A stretch of DNA of 64,000 nucleotides from a virus. Lineage: Duplodnaviria > Caudoviricetes. How positions within the stretch are numbered: the stretch's first letter is position 1; every line of letters starts with the position of its first letter. Positions 10,040 through 20,273 of this stretch are shown piece by piece. The notes beneath the pieces were generated by a model. That model was not told the DNA's origin. It did not search any database and saw nothing but the letters and a program-made list of their open reading frames with translations. A program made the position numbers and the translations under genes. Location of the stretch: positions 32,001 to 96,000 of the IMG/VR virus record IMGVR_UViG_3300031813_000005, one strand, 5' to 3'.

Positions 10040-11647
10040 TTAGCTCTGGTACATGTTAAGTACTTGGAGATTAGCAAGACCATACTTACCATCAAGTAGG
10101 ACCTTGTGGTCATATCTCTGTTGTAGACCAACGATTGTGGAGAACATGTCACCACTTAAAACGTCAGCTTGTGGAGGAGTTAAGTAAGTTACATAGGGGA
10201 AGTAAGCATAAGGAGCCTTGGCTAAATCCTTAGAAGTATAACCCATTAACATCTTATCAGACTGAGGATGATAAGCATTCTTGGCAATTGTATAACTGTC
10301 AATTGTACCCATCTTTTCAGCATTTACATTAAAGTCGCCCTGGTGAAGATGATTTAGGTCGCTCATATGGAAATTATTGGTGTTTTGTAGAATATTGAAG
10401 AGGTGTGGGTGGCAGATAGCGAAGAAATCATCACCACGTAGATAATTTACAGACATATCGTTAGAAACGAAGTTCATCTTGTGAACTAATGTCTGGTTGT
10501 ATTCAGCTTGCGTACCACGGAACTGACCAGTTGGATATAAAGCATTCCATGTGGTAGTAGCGTAGGCGGTCTGCATCATGGCTAAAGTTAATTCCTGGTC
10601 GATTTCAAGGGCCATTGTTTCAGTCATAGCAGTTACTAATTCCTTGAGGGCATCAATCTTGCCATCAGTGTAAGCTTCTAAATCCTGGATAGCTTCAGCA
10701 GAAATCTGAGCAAAGTTCTTACGAGCTTTGGCGTTAACCTGAATAGTATCCATAGCGAAGCTGATTTCACTTAAAGCAGTCTTATTACGCTCAAGAGAGA
10801 AGGAGTAATTCATTTCCCAGTGGAAAGTATCAGCAGGTTCACCAGAAACATCAGATTGCTGAGGAACTGGAAGAGCAGCTAAATTGACCATAGGAGCGGT
10901 GCCATTTAATACACCATAGTTAGCAATAGTAACACCAGATAATACTAAACCAGTTGAAGAGCTGACGAAAAGACCAGCACCATTATCGTAAGCATAAACT
11001 ACAGCAGAACGAGGATCGTTGTCAGGAACTAACATAATCTGGGCAGAGCCAGGAAGTAAAGGACCATAAGCAAGTGTTTGACCATTAGAGCCAGTTACAC
11101 CAGAAGCAGACATTACTTCACCAACTACTGATTGAGCAGAATAGTTAGGGTCTAATGCAAACTTATTACCCTGCCAAATGTTCTGACCAATTACTTGACC
11201 AGTAGCAGATGTTACAGGAGTGTAACGTTGAAGCTGGCTGGGATCAGCCCATTCTGTACCAGCACCAACACCATCCTTGGCATTTTTGCGGTTTAAACGG
11301 AAGGTTTGGATTATCTGTGTAGGAACATCCAACTGACGAGTAGCAACGAACTTCGTAGCAACTACCTGGGGTAGAACACGACGAATAATTGTTGGTAACA
11401 TGGCCTTGTTGTAACCACCAGGAGTGGTTGCAGCGGTTGTAGTGGCTTCAGATAAACTTAAAGCATACTTCATAGACTGTACGGTGTGCATAAATACTGT
11501 ATTACGAGTATCTTCATCCTTGATGCCCTGAAGGTGTTCCATGATGCCTGCCCAGTATGGGGCACGACCACGGGACTTGGCTACTTCTTCATCTCGCTTG
11601 AGAATAGATTTAACCTTTGATTCTAATAGAGGTTCTTGATTTAACAT
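10040..11647 (-). CDS. gp23: Major capsid protein (T4 gp23-like)
   Basis: LPTIIRRVLP, ARK....SAEAIQDL, EIDQE, Y.PYV and RY motifs; follows the protease and scaffold genes; candidate maturation site LSE/A near residue 68. Confidence 0.95.
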   Translation of the reverse strand: MLNQEPLLESKVKSILKRDEEVAKSRGRAPYWAGIMEHLQGIKDEDTRNTVFMHTVQSMKYALSLSEATTTAATTPGGYNKAMLPTIIRRVLPQVVATKFVATRQLDVPTQIIQTFRLNRKNAKDGVGAGTEWADPSQLQRYTPVTSATGQVIGQNIWQGNKFALDPNYSAQSVVGEVMSASGVTGSNGQTLAYGPLLPGSAQIMLVPDNDPRSAVVYAYDNGAGLFVSSSTGLVLSGVTIANYGVLNGTAPMVNLAALPVPQQSDVSGEPADTFHWEMNYSFSLERNKTALSEISFAMDTIQVNAKARKNFAQISAEAIQDLEAYTDGKIDALKELVTAMTETMALEIDQELTLAMMQTAYATTTWNALYPTGQFRGTQAEYNQTLVHKMNFVSNDMSVNYLRGDDFFAICHPHLFNILQNTNNFHMSDLNHLHQGDFNVNAEKMGTIDSYTIAKNAYHPQSDKMLMGYTSKDLAKAPYAYFPYVTYLTPPQADVLSGDMFSTIVGLQQRYDHKVLLDGKYGLANLQVLNMYQS

Positions 11648-11707
11648 TTAGGTCTTTCTCCCTTAAATTCGGTTTTGTTTTTTATTACAATTGTTTCTTA
11701 CGTTAAT

Positions 11708-11715
11708 ACTTAATT
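11708..11715 (-). promoter_or_regulatory. Late promoter motif AATTAAGT (major capsid)
   Basis: Intergenic, 60 nt upstream of the ATG. Confidence 0.65.
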
Positions 11716-11747
11716 ATAGTTTTTATTAAGTCGTTTGTTGGGTTTAT

Positions 11748-12602
11748 TTAAAAAATATCAAGGGGTTCGAGCATTCCCTTTGGGGCAGAGGTAGAAGCTA
11801 TTTTTGCGGCTTCTCTCTTTTTTACATCCTCTGCTAAAGCTACTAAAGAAGACTTCATATCTTTAGTTGGTTTTGTGGGAGTTTCAGCAACTGGAGCAGG
11901 AGCTACAACAGCTTCTGTTACAGGTTCGGCTGGTTTAGCTTCTTCTCTAATTGAAGCCTTAATGCTTTCAATAGCATCTTTTGCTTCTACTAACGTATTT
12001 GGTTTTGCTTCTTTTAAAGCAGCAACAATTACTGTTTTCTTTTCTAATGGATAGCCAGCACATTCTTTAACAACTAAAGCCTCTAATTCATCAGAAAGTA
12101 CCTTGCTACGAAGTTTAGCATTTTCAAGCTTTTCAGCGTTTAATAAGCTCTTGTACTTTTCAACACTTTCAGTATTAGCTTCTACTAATTCATTAATGTT
12201 GAAAAAAGGAGAAAGTGAACGAACAGCATTAGAAAAAGCTTCTTGCATCTTTTCAATCTTGCTGTCTGGAGTAGCATCTTCTGTTACAGCTTTAGTAACC
12301 TTACTAACAGACTCGTTAATAAAATTGAATACATCTGTAGCAACTTTCTTTGAAAGTTCCTTAAACTTGGCTTCATAAACATCTTTTAATTTAGCTTCGT
12401 ATAAATTAGCCTTGCTTAAAAGCATTTGCTTTTTGATGAATAGTTCTTTTTCGCCAGCTTTTTTAGCTTCTTCAAGTTCTTGCAGCTTTTTATCGAGAGC
12501 ATCTTGACGCTCCTTGCACTGCTCTTGAATAGCAGATTCTAAAACCTCTTTAATTTCAGGGGTTTCTAATAATTCATTAATTTCTTTTATTTTAATTGCC
12601 AT
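11748..12602 (-). CDS. gp22: Prohead scaffolding (core) protein, gp22-like
   Basis: Glu/Lys coiled-coil protein between protease and capsid genes, with many L/V/I-x-E sites. ATG 12602 preferred over GTG 12611 because of the AGGTG SD. Confidence 0.8.
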   Translation of the reverse strand: MAIKIKEINELLETPEIKEVLESAIQEQCKERQDALDKKLQELEEAKKAGEKELFIKKQMLLSKANLYEAKLKDVYEAKFKELSKKVATDVFNFINESVSKVTKAVTEDATPDSKIEKMQEAFSNAVRSLSPFFNINELVEANTESVEKYKSLLNAEKLENAKLRSKVLSDELEALVVKECAGYPLEKKTVIVAALKEAKPNTLVEAKDAIESIKASIREEAKPAEPVTEAVVAPAPVAETPTKPTKDMKSSLVALAEDVKKREAAKIASTSAPKGMLEPLDIF

Positions 12603-12627
12603 GTTTATCACCTACAAGTTAATTGTA

Positions 12628-13275
12628 TTACTTATTTCTTAAAATTTCTCTAATATGTTCTTTAAATTGTTCTGTAATTCTTTCATCTTCTAAGGCTTGA
12701 TGTATAGAACGACCGTATTTCTTTGCTTCATTTACAGCATGAACATAAGCTTGTTGTGTGCTTGGATCGTGAACACAATCAAACGTTATTAGCTTATATT
12801 CATTTACTACATCACCAGTACTATATCCTTTAGATAAAGCACCTAACCCACGGCTTGAAATACCAACCGTACAATTATTTCTAATTAAAGCACCAAGTAA
12901 TCTACCAGAAGGTGTTCCTGCTGGACCTGGGTCATCAAATACTATTGCTTCTCCGAGTAAATCTTTACCAGAGAAGTTTAATGTCGTAATAACGTGACTT
13001 ACATTCTTTAACGATACTGTAGGATTACCATCAGCTGGGTGGTCTAATTCACCAAACATGTTTTTTGAATCTAAACTATCTTTAGCTTCCCCTAAAGCAC
13101 GAACTAATACATCATAAGGATATACTCTACCATTATGATTTTTAGCATCAGCTCTTTGAAAAATGCCACGGATTTTTAAACTTTTCCAAGAAGAGTTTGG
13201 AGTAAGGGCTTCTTCAAGAACCTCAAAACCACGGGTTGTACCGCAGTCATCTTTCATGAACTCTAAATTACTCAT
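12628..13275 (-). CDS. gp21: Prohead core protease
   Basis: KNHNGRVYP, GELDHP, VSH, GISSRGLG, FDCVHDPS motifs. Confidence 0.95.
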   Translation of the reverse strand: MSNLEFMKDDCGTTRGFEVLEEALTPNSSWKSLKIRGIFQRADAKNHNGRVYPYDVLVRALGEAKDSLDSKNMFGELDHPADGNPTVSLKNVSHVITTLNFSGKDLLGEAIVFDDPGPAGTPSGRLLGALIRNNCTVGISSRGLGALSKGYSTGDVVNEYKLITFDCVHDPSTQQAYVHAVNEAKKYGRSIHQALEDERITEQFKEHIREILRNK

Positions 13276-13284
13276 TATTAATCC

Positions 13285-14568
13285 TTATGCTACTGGTAGC
13301 TGTCCTGGAGCCTGTGAAGGAGCCGAAGCAGCTGGAGGAGCTTGTGGTGCGCTTGCGTTTGCTGAACCCTGTTCAACATTTTCTACTGGGGTAGAACTTT
13401 GTTCACCTTCTGGTGGTAATTGGTCTTCTAAAGGCTGTTCCTCTTCACCCATTAATTCGTCAGCAGGGGTATGATAAGAACTGTCAAGGAAATAAGAAAT
13501 CATTGGATTCCAACGAGCTTCTATTTCAGCAAGCCTATCATCACCAAGCTCTTCGCCATCTTCTAATGCTAATAAATCAGCATTAATCTGGTCAGCTAAA
13601 TCTGGGTCTACTTGTTCATCAGCAGAATCAGCAGCCTTATCATGAATAAAGTCTTGCATTGCTAATAAAATAGATTTTAATGTGGTTTTGTGTAATTGCT
13701 TAATATCTTCTTCAGAGAACATAGCTGGATTAAATGGGGCAAATTCTTTGCTCTCATCTTCAGCATTTATGTCCTCTTTTTCTGTAGGAACAGAAGGGAT
13801 TTCCTCTTCTTCACGGTCTAAATCAGACTGTTCTTCATCACTAAACTTACCAGCGCCAGCATCGTATCTGTTTTCTCTATGACTACCATCTTCCATATTC
13901 CACTCTAATATCTCATAAAGATTATTAGTAACAGATTCGGCTAAAAAGGTATTTCCTAATAGAGCGTCTGTAACGATTGCTTTTACTTTTTCTTTTCCTA
14001 AATTCAATACTTTACCTAAATCAGACTCAACAATAGCCATTAAATTAGTAGTGGCTAATTCTTTATCTTCTTCAGTACCTTCAGAAATTACAGTAGCATT
14101 AAAGATTTCAGCTTTAAAAGCAGGAATATGCTTTCTGGCTTCCATTCTAATTGCTCTGCCTTCTGATTTCTTTATTAACTCTTCTGTAAACATATCAGGA
14201 TATCTATTTTTTAAAATAGACATTTGATAAAAAGTTTCACAGAACTCGTCAAGATTTTCTTGAGCATCTACAAGATTTTCTGAAATAACACACTCAACTA
14301 CTTTGTTAAGCATATTTTTCATAGATTCTGTTAAGTCATTCTTTGAAATCTCTATAACTTCATTATTTAAAACATGAGATGAAGTCATTCTTGACTCTGT
14401 AAGAGGGTTTTTAAACTTGGCTAAAACCAGCCTGTGCCCTTTTGTAAAGAGAACGGAGTCATTAGTGTATTCTAAAATCGTGCAGTCTTCGGTTAGTAAA
14501 TTAGATAATTTACTCCCCAAAGCTAAATTACCACCACGAAGTATGTCTATAAAAGTTTGTAGTTTCAT
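13285..14568 (-). CDS. Acidic head morphogenesis protein (putative prohead core component)
   Basis: Lies between portal and protease; very acidic; many L-T-E-type putative gp21 cleavage sites. Confidence 0.5.
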   Translation of the reverse strand: MKLQTFIDILRGGNLALGSKLSNLLTEDCTILEYTNDSVLFTKGHRLVLAKFKNPLTESRMTSSHVLNNEVIEISKNDLTESMKNMLNKVVECVISENLVDAQENLDEFCETFYQMSILKNRYPDMFTEELIKKSEGRAIRMEARKHIPAFKAEIFNATVISEGTEEDKELATTNLMAIVESDLGKVLNLGKEKVKAIVTDALLGNTFLAESVTNNLYEILEWNMEDGSHRENRYDAGAGKFSDEEQSDLDREEEEIPSVPTEKEDINAEDESKEFAPFNPAMFSEEDIKQLHKTTLKSILLAMQDFIHDKAADSADEQVDPDLADQINADLLALEDGEELGDDRLAEIEARWNPMISYFLDSSYHTPADELMGEEEQPLEDQLPPEGEQSSTPVENVEQGSANASAPQAPPAASAPSQAPGQLPVA

Positions 14569-14628
14569 TTTTTAACCCTAAGTTAATGTTTTATAAAAGA
14601 CTGTTCAATAATTTAATTGTTAAAGAGT

Positions 14629-16617
14629 TTAATCAATTAAGCGGTTAATGTTAGCTTGAAATTCATCACTTAAAAGAGGGTCTAATACCTCATCCTCTTT
14701 TATTGTCTCTGTAAGGATTTCATTTTTCTTCTTTTCTTCCTCTTCTTGCTTTTTGATTAAATCACGAATTTCAGTTACAAGAACTCTTGGTGAACGTACT
14801 TTAACTCTTGTTTCAATAGAAGCACCTTCATATAGAGGAGTGTTTTCACTGTTATACTCATATTGTTGTACTAAAGGAGAGGGCTGTGCTGCTGGAACCT
14901 GTGCTCCTGGACCTTGCGGAGTTCCTGCTGGTATATTAGCAGGATTTAATGTTGGTAGTGGAGCTTCTACGCCTTCTCCTGGCATACCTTCCATACCAGG
15001 AGAAATAGTATCTAATCCTGGCATACCGCCACCCATAGGCATTCCTCCACCCATTCCACCAGCTTGAGCTGCTGCGGCTGCGGCTGGGTCTAATTTTAAC
15101 ATAGCTTGAATATCCGCATCGTTTTTCTTTAATACGTTCTTTAATACCCATTCACGATTAATACCTTGACTTAAATATGCTTGTGCTAATCCAACAGCAG
15201 CTGTGTCAAGTTCTATACGAGCTTTTTCTTCAATATATGACGGTCTTGTCATTACAAGACTAAAAGACTTTAGTTCAGAAACATCTGTTATGCCTTTAAT
15301 AGCTAAATGAATTACACAAAGCTCTTTTATAACAGATAAGAAATCTTCTTGGATATTGGCTAATGCTTTTCCAAACGTAACATTTTGTTGAGATAAAGTT
15401 CCTTTTGAGTTTACATCACCTTCAAAGCCCAAGAAAGCTTTTGGAACTTTAAGAGCCGAGAAAAGTCGATTATTTAGATACATTAAATCTTCAATATCGC
15501 CAAGATTTTGGGCAGGTTGAAGCATATCTACTTTAGAGCTTTGTGCTGTTTTAGATACAGGAATAAAGATATTAGCATTCATATCTAATAACTGATAACG
15601 TTCATTTAACTTACCAGTTGGGTCATAATACTCTCTCTTATTGATGGAGTTAATCTGACGTTTAACAAGAGCTTCTATATCAGCACCTTGATTATTACCA
15701 ACATCAACATAAAATACTAATCTGGCGGGACCTCGATTTAACCTATATATAATGATACTATCTAAAAGTAAGTCAACTTTTTTCCAAACATCTACTGCCG
15801 CTTCTAAACTTGATACACCATAAGGCTCAAACATTCCGTTTCCACGGCGCTTAAAATGAAGCATTTCATATTTAAGGAAAGGAATAAGATTGTCTTTATC
15901 TGTTTCTGTAGAAGTTTTCATCTTCCTTGTCATATAAGGAAGAGATAGAGTAGTTAAGTCAATGAAGGGACTTTGTGTAGAATACTGTGAACTGGCATCA
16001 AGAGAGTTCTGTCTAACAATTTCCATATCCTGAACATAGCCTTGGAGTTCTCCATCAACATCTAAACGATAGACTCCGCGAGGATCTAATTGCATTAAAT
16101 CAATCACACCTTTACGAGCATCAAGCTTTATGGATTCAAACCTATCACCATATTTACACATATCTCTTATGACAGACCAGGATTTCCAATTATTCAATCC
16201 GGTTGTTTCTAACATATCCATTAATTCATCTTGAATATATTTAGAAGAACTTGATACTGTAATTACTTCTTGTCCACTACCTTTTTGTGTAGCTTCGTTA
16301 GCATATACATCTAACGCAGATGCCACTAAATCCGTATCCATTCTATCATATATAGAATATCTCGCATGCCGTAGATTTTCTCTATCTAAATATCTATGAA
16401 ATACTGGACCATCTGTTCTATCAACATATACGCCAACTCCCATTCCTTTTTTAGAAATAACAGTGGGTTCGATAGCGGCAGTAGTAGCATTTTTACTATT
16501 TATAGCCTGTAAAGCCTGTTCAACGCCTAATCTTGTAGAGAACTCTTCTGGCCTGCTTCTTGTAAATAAGGAAGCAATTGCTGTCATTATACTCTTTTTT
16601 TGTTTTTCTTCTGCCAT
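14629..16617 (-). CDS. gp20: Portal protein
   Basis: IIIYRLNRGPARLVFYVDVGN, SKVDML, DIEDLMY, LFSALKVPK motifs. Confidence 0.95.
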   Translation of the reverse strand: MAEEKQKKSIMTAIASLFTRSRPEEFSTRLGVEQALQAINSKNATTAAIEPTVISKKGMGVGVYVDRTDGPVFHRYLDRENLRHARYSIYDRMDTDLVASALDVYANEATQKGSGQEVITVSSSSKYIQDELMDMLETTGLNNWKSWSVIRDMCKYGDRFESIKLDARKGVIDLMQLDPRGVYRLDVDGELQGYVQDMEIVRQNSLDASSQYSTQSPFIDLTTLSLPYMTRKMKTSTETDKDNLIPFLKYEMLHFKRRGNGMFEPYGVSSLEAAVDVWKKVDLLLDSIIIYRLNRGPARLVFYVDVGNNQGADIEALVKRQINSINKREYYDPTGKLNERYQLLDMNANIFIPVSKTAQSSKVDMLQPAQNLGDIEDLMYLNNRLFSALKVPKAFLGFEGDVNSKGTLSQQNVTFGKALANIQEDFLSVIKELCVIHLAIKGITDVSELKSFSLVMTRPSYIEEKARIELDTAAVGLAQAYLSQGINREWVLKNVLKKNDADIQAMLKLDPAAAAAAQAGGMGGGMPMGGGMPGLDTISPGMEGMPGEGVEAPLPTLNPANIPAGTPQGPGAQVPAAQPSPLVQQYEYNSENTPLYEGASIETRVKVRSPRVLVTEIRDLIKKQEEEEKKKNEILTETIKEDEVLDPLLSDEFQANINRLID

Positions 16618-16652
16618 TTAAATTATCCTATACTTTCATATCGTGTATCATA

Positions 16653-18638
16653 TTACCAAAAACTACTGTTTCTTTTAGCTTTTGAGCCATATAAAAAGTT
16701 TCTGTGTGCTCTTTGTATACCTTCTAAATCATCTGAAAAAGGGTCTCCTAAATCATACTGCTCACCGAAAGGCAGTGTAGTATTCTTAAAATTAGTAAAC
16801 TCCAAATCAGATAGTATTTGTGTATTTTTCATACCAAGAAAATCGGCAGCTGCTTGTGTTCTTTCCCATTCTTCTACAGGATGAACAAAGTTTATATCTT
16901 CTAATCCAGAACCCTCATAAACACCAGATTTTATTTCATGATAAAGCTTTAATCTCGACTCTAATGAAGTTTTAGATATGCCCATCAAAATAGAAAAATG
17001 TTCTAAATATTCGTCAGAGTATTCTCCAGTTCTTGTCATCATTTCAGTGCTGGCCATGAGAGAAGCATTTTGGTCTATTTCTGGTCTATGAAAGTATTCT
17101 TTTGGAATAAGCGTAACTACAGCTAAAGCAAGAGCTAATATAAGGTCATCATTACCAGTAGATGCTTCCATTTTTCTACTACCATCTGCGTAAGCTTGTC
17201 CAGCAGAGAAGTTTTCCATTTGAACTTTTAATCTTGCGCTTTTGAGTTTAGAAATACCGTGTAGATTATTATAAAATAAAATCAATTTTTCAAGTAGTAG
17301 CACTCTACTGCTTCTATTGGTATTAAATCCCGGAGTTTGTTTATTATCAGCCATCCATAAGTTTTTATAGTTTTTTTGTTCGAGTAAGAATATAACTAAC
17401 TGGGAATATGAATTTTCTTCTATAACAAGCTCAGCAGTATTATAATGCTTTGCTGTTTTTAATAAAATATCAACAAACAATTCTGTTGGTAATTTACCCA
17501 TATATTCAGCCATTTGTTCTTGTGTTTCAACATCTATAACTTGAAATGCTGTATAATCCTTTGCTGAAGATTTATTAGAAGAACAGTCAACACCTATTAT
17601 ATATCTCTTACCAGTTTCAGCAAGTTTCCATATAAATAAAGTATCTTCATATGTTATTCCACCAAGTTGTTTATTTAATATGTTTTCATTCACTTTAAAA
17701 GCTTTTAATACATTATTATTAAATAAAGACGCTAAATTGATATCAAATCTACACTCATATTCCTGTTCAAACTTATCTATATTACCGTTATCAATTTGGA
17801 TTTGATGTTCCCTGAAATGAGGGTCTTTTGTGAATACTGGAGATACTGTATAGGGCAAGTTGTAATCAGTCCACGTATTCATTTTTGCGGCAGCGTATGT
17901 ATAAGTTTTATAAAACCAGTTTAAATCTGAATTGCCGTTTGGTGAAGAGATAGCTATAAGTTTAGCATCTGCGGCAGCTACTGTTGGTAAAATAGCTTTT
18001 ACCACCTCATCGCAGTTTTCAATGAAGGCGGCCTCGTCAAGAACAAATAATGTAGCAGAAAACGATCTGGCGGCGTGTGGGTTTGAAGTTATGGCTTTAA
18101 TGATAGATTTAGTATCAAACTCTACTGTACTCTTACTATAAAGAGTTGTTGCCGGTTTTAGCCACTCAGGTAAAAACTCATACGCAGTCTTTAATTTAGC
18201 AATAAACTCTTCTGCGGACTCTCTTTTGTGGGCCACAATTAGAGTTTTCTTACCTTGTGAGAATATAGAATACCATAGACAATAAAACATTACAATAGTA
18301 GATACGCCTAACTGACGAGATTTAACCGCTATTGAGTATTTATCATTTCGAACACCTTTGAGAATACTCTCCTGATAAGGGGCTGTATTGAAAGGAATAA
18401 TACCAGCAGCACCATGGCCGATAATAAACCCGTAATTATTAGCAAAATATACAGGGTCATCAAAACACTTTTGACGCTCTTCCTTAACATACTGAATAAG
18501 AGTTTCACGTATTTCATCAGATGACTTTCCTTCTTTTTGTAATTTAGCAACAAGTCTTTCTGGCTCATAATATCTATGAGTTAAGTCATCCGGTTTATTC
18601 ATAAACTTTTTGGCTTGTAAAGACTTGGTTTTAGCCAT
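16653..18638 (-). CDS. terL: Terminase large subunit
   Basis: Walker A KSRQLGVST, Walker B VLDEAAF, SSPNG, FEQEYEC, nuclease IGVD and NDDL motifs. Confidence 0.95.
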   Translation of the reverse strand: MAKTKSLQAKKFMNKPDDLTHRYYEPERLVAKLQKEGKSSDEIRETLIQYVKEERQKCFDDPVYFANNYGFIIGHGAAGIIPFNTAPYQESILKGVRNDKYSIAVKSRQLGVSTIVMFYCLWYSIFSQGKKTLIVAHKRESAEEFIAKLKTAYEFLPEWLKPATTLYSKSTVEFDTKSIIKAITSNPHAARSFSATLFVLDEAAFIENCDEVVKAILPTVAAADAKLIAISSPNGNSDLNWFYKTYTYAAAKMNTWTDYNLPYTVSPVFTKDPHFREHQIQIDNGNIDKFEQEYECRFDINLASLFNNNVLKAFKVNENILNKQLGGITYEDTLFIWKLAETGKRYIIGVDCSSNKSSAKDYTAFQVIDVETQEQMAEYMGKLPTELFVDILLKTAKHYNTAELVIEENSYSQLVIFLLEQKNYKNLWMADNKQTPGFNTNRSSRVLLLEKLILFYNNLHGISKLKSARLKVQMENFSAGQAYADGSRKMEASTGNDDLILALALAVVTLIPKEYFHRPEIDQNASLMASTEMMTRTGEYSDEYLEHFSILMGISKTSLESRLKLYHEIKSGVYEGSGLEDINFVHPVEEWERTQAAADFLGMKNTQILSDLEFTNFKNTTLPFGEQYDLGDPFSDDLEGIQRAHRNFLYGSKAKRNSSFW

Positions 18639-19114
18639 TATTTAAAATCTTTCATTAATATATCTGCTGCTGTTTCTGGTGATACGGTTTTAGAACCTGT
18701 ATTTTCAACTTGAACATCTATTATATCTACTTCACCATCTTCTGTGAGAAGTTTTGGCTGGCTTGGTTGTTGTCCAGACATGTTTAATTTAGCCCCAACT
18801 CCAGCACCAAGAGCTGCGGAGTTTAAAAGGTCAGAAATACTTAAATCTCCACCTCTTTTGTTTCCAGCAGCTTCTGTTGTCTTATATGAAGTTAAGTTCT
18901 TTAATATATCATTTTTTTGTTTTAATGCTTGTAATTGTAATTCACCGAGTTTTGCTAAACTGATAGGAAATGAAGCATCTGTTGATTGTATCATTCTATC
19001 TCGTTGAATATCTATTAGTCCCGAATAAAGTTCTGCTACATCATCTAATTCTTTTATAAGCTTTTCAGACTCATCCATTACAAGTCCATCAATTTTTTGG
19101 ACTATTGGATTCAT
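18638..19114 (-). CDS. Putative terminase small subunit
   Basis: Coiled-coil protein whose stop overlaps the terL start (TAATG). Start moved to ATG 19114 because a late motif lies at 19127-19134. Confidence 0.55.
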   Translation of the reverse strand: MNPIVQKIDGLVMDESEKLIKELDDVAELYSGLIDIQRDRMIQSTDASFPISLAKLGELQLQALKQKNDILKNLTSYKTTEAAGNKRGGDLSISDLLNSAALGAGVGAKLNMSGQQPSQPKLLTEDGEVDIIDVQVENTGSKTVSPETAADILMKDFK

Positions 19115-19175
19115 ATTTTCGCGTTTATTTAATTGGTTCATGTAAAGGCTCTTATTATAACTTATTTCTTAATAA

Positions 19176-19200
19176 ATAATAAAGGGCCCGAAAGCCCTCT
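19176..19200 (-). terminator. Intrinsic terminator downstream of the sigma gene and candidate ncRNA
   Basis: AGAGGGCT-TTCG-GGCCCTTT followed by ATTATTT. Confidence 0.75.
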
Positions 19201-19270
19201 ATTATACATGTATTATGAGTTGAAAAACTCACGTTTTTAATAACAGCACAACCACTACAAGGCTTACTGT
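19176..19270 (-). ncRNA. Candidate ~95-nt structured late non-coding RNA
   Basis: Late motif at 19273-19280, two hairpins (19243-19270 and 19215-19232) and a UUCG terminator (19181-19200); no in-transcript ORF of note. Confidence 0.4.
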
Positions 19271-19274
19271 ACAT

Positions 19275-20273
19275 TTAATTATCTTGTTCAAAATCATTTT
19301 GCGTTAATAATAATTTAGATGAAAATATATTGAGAGGCCCAAAAGCCTCTCTCATTTTTATCATAGTAGCTAAAACTTCTTTTGATTTTACTTGACATTC
19401 TGTTTGTAATGTATATATTAAATTATTAGCTATCTTATGTAAATCTTCGCCGTTTTCTAAAATACTATACAATTTATATAATATCTTTCTATCTATTTCT
19501 GTTAAGTCTTCATAATCCTTAAAAGCATTCAAAAAGATTAAAAACTCCTGAAATACCATAGCAGCATCACTTACAAATTGTTTATCTCCTTCAACAGCAC
19601 GACCCATGGCATCATAAGACATATTATGTATCTTATCATAGCCGTGGGCCATTGTTATAGTTGTTATGCCATAGTTAAGTATCATTGTAAAATATGTGTA
19701 TACCCTGGCATATATAGGACGATTTTTTTCGTCGTGGCCGACTACTCTTTGAGGGTCAAACTTATCCATGGCTTGGATGAGCTTGATAACAGCACCTTGA
19801 AATATCTCACCGTAAGATATCCCATGCTTATGACGACCATACTTAAATATAACACCATCAATAATCGTGTAAAGATATGCCACAAAATCGTTTTGATTTT
19901 CTGGAGTTTTATTAGCATTCCATTTTTCCCATAAATGCCTTCCAACAGCTTCAATAAAGTAAATATTTGATTTCTTTCCGCGTTTCTTTTTTAATTCAAA
20001 ACCTTCAAGAAGTTCTGGATAATATGCAGTAGCTCTTGTTATAAAAACCTCTGAATACTTATTAAGATCTGGTTCTATAAGTATCATCTCACCCATAGCC
20101 TTTTTCTCTACATCAGACACATCTTGTTTATTATAAGTTATCTCACGATACTCATATTTTTTATCTTTTCTTTTTTCAACTTCTGTTCGTTGGTCCTCAA
20201 AAGAAAAGCTTTCTAATATTTCATCAAGTTCAGATTCTCTATGTTCGGAATTATTCTCATCAAATAGTATCAT
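19275..20273 (-). CDS. Phage sigma70-family factor (gp55-like or FliA-like)
   Basis: Region 2 pattern EIFQGAVIKLIQAMDKFDPQR...VYTYFTMIL; located next to the packaging and head module. Confidence 0.75.
   Translation of the reverse strand: MILFDENNSEHRESELDEILESFSFEDQRTEVEKRKDKKYEYREITYNKQDVSDVEKKAMGEMILIEPDLNKYSEVFITRATAYYPELLEGFELKKKRGKKSNIYFIEAVGRHLWEKWNANKTPENQNDFVAYLYTIIDGVIFKYGRHKHGISYGEIFQGAVIKLIQAMDKFDPQRVVGHDEKNRPIYARVYTYFTMILNYGITTITMAHGYDKIHNMSYDAMGRAVEGDKQFVSDAAMVFQEFLIFLNAFKDYEDLTEIDRKILYKLYSILENGEDLHKIANNLIYTLQTECQVKSKEVLATMIKMREAFGPLNIFSSKLLLTQNDFEQDN

Noticed and set aside
19157-19274. 39-codon minus-strand ORF MYSKPCSGCAV in the sigma-terS spacer
   Set aside because: No SD, its ATG overlaps the promoter motif upstream of the predicted +1, and it runs through a terminator; it cannot be fully excluded on sigma read-through RNA.
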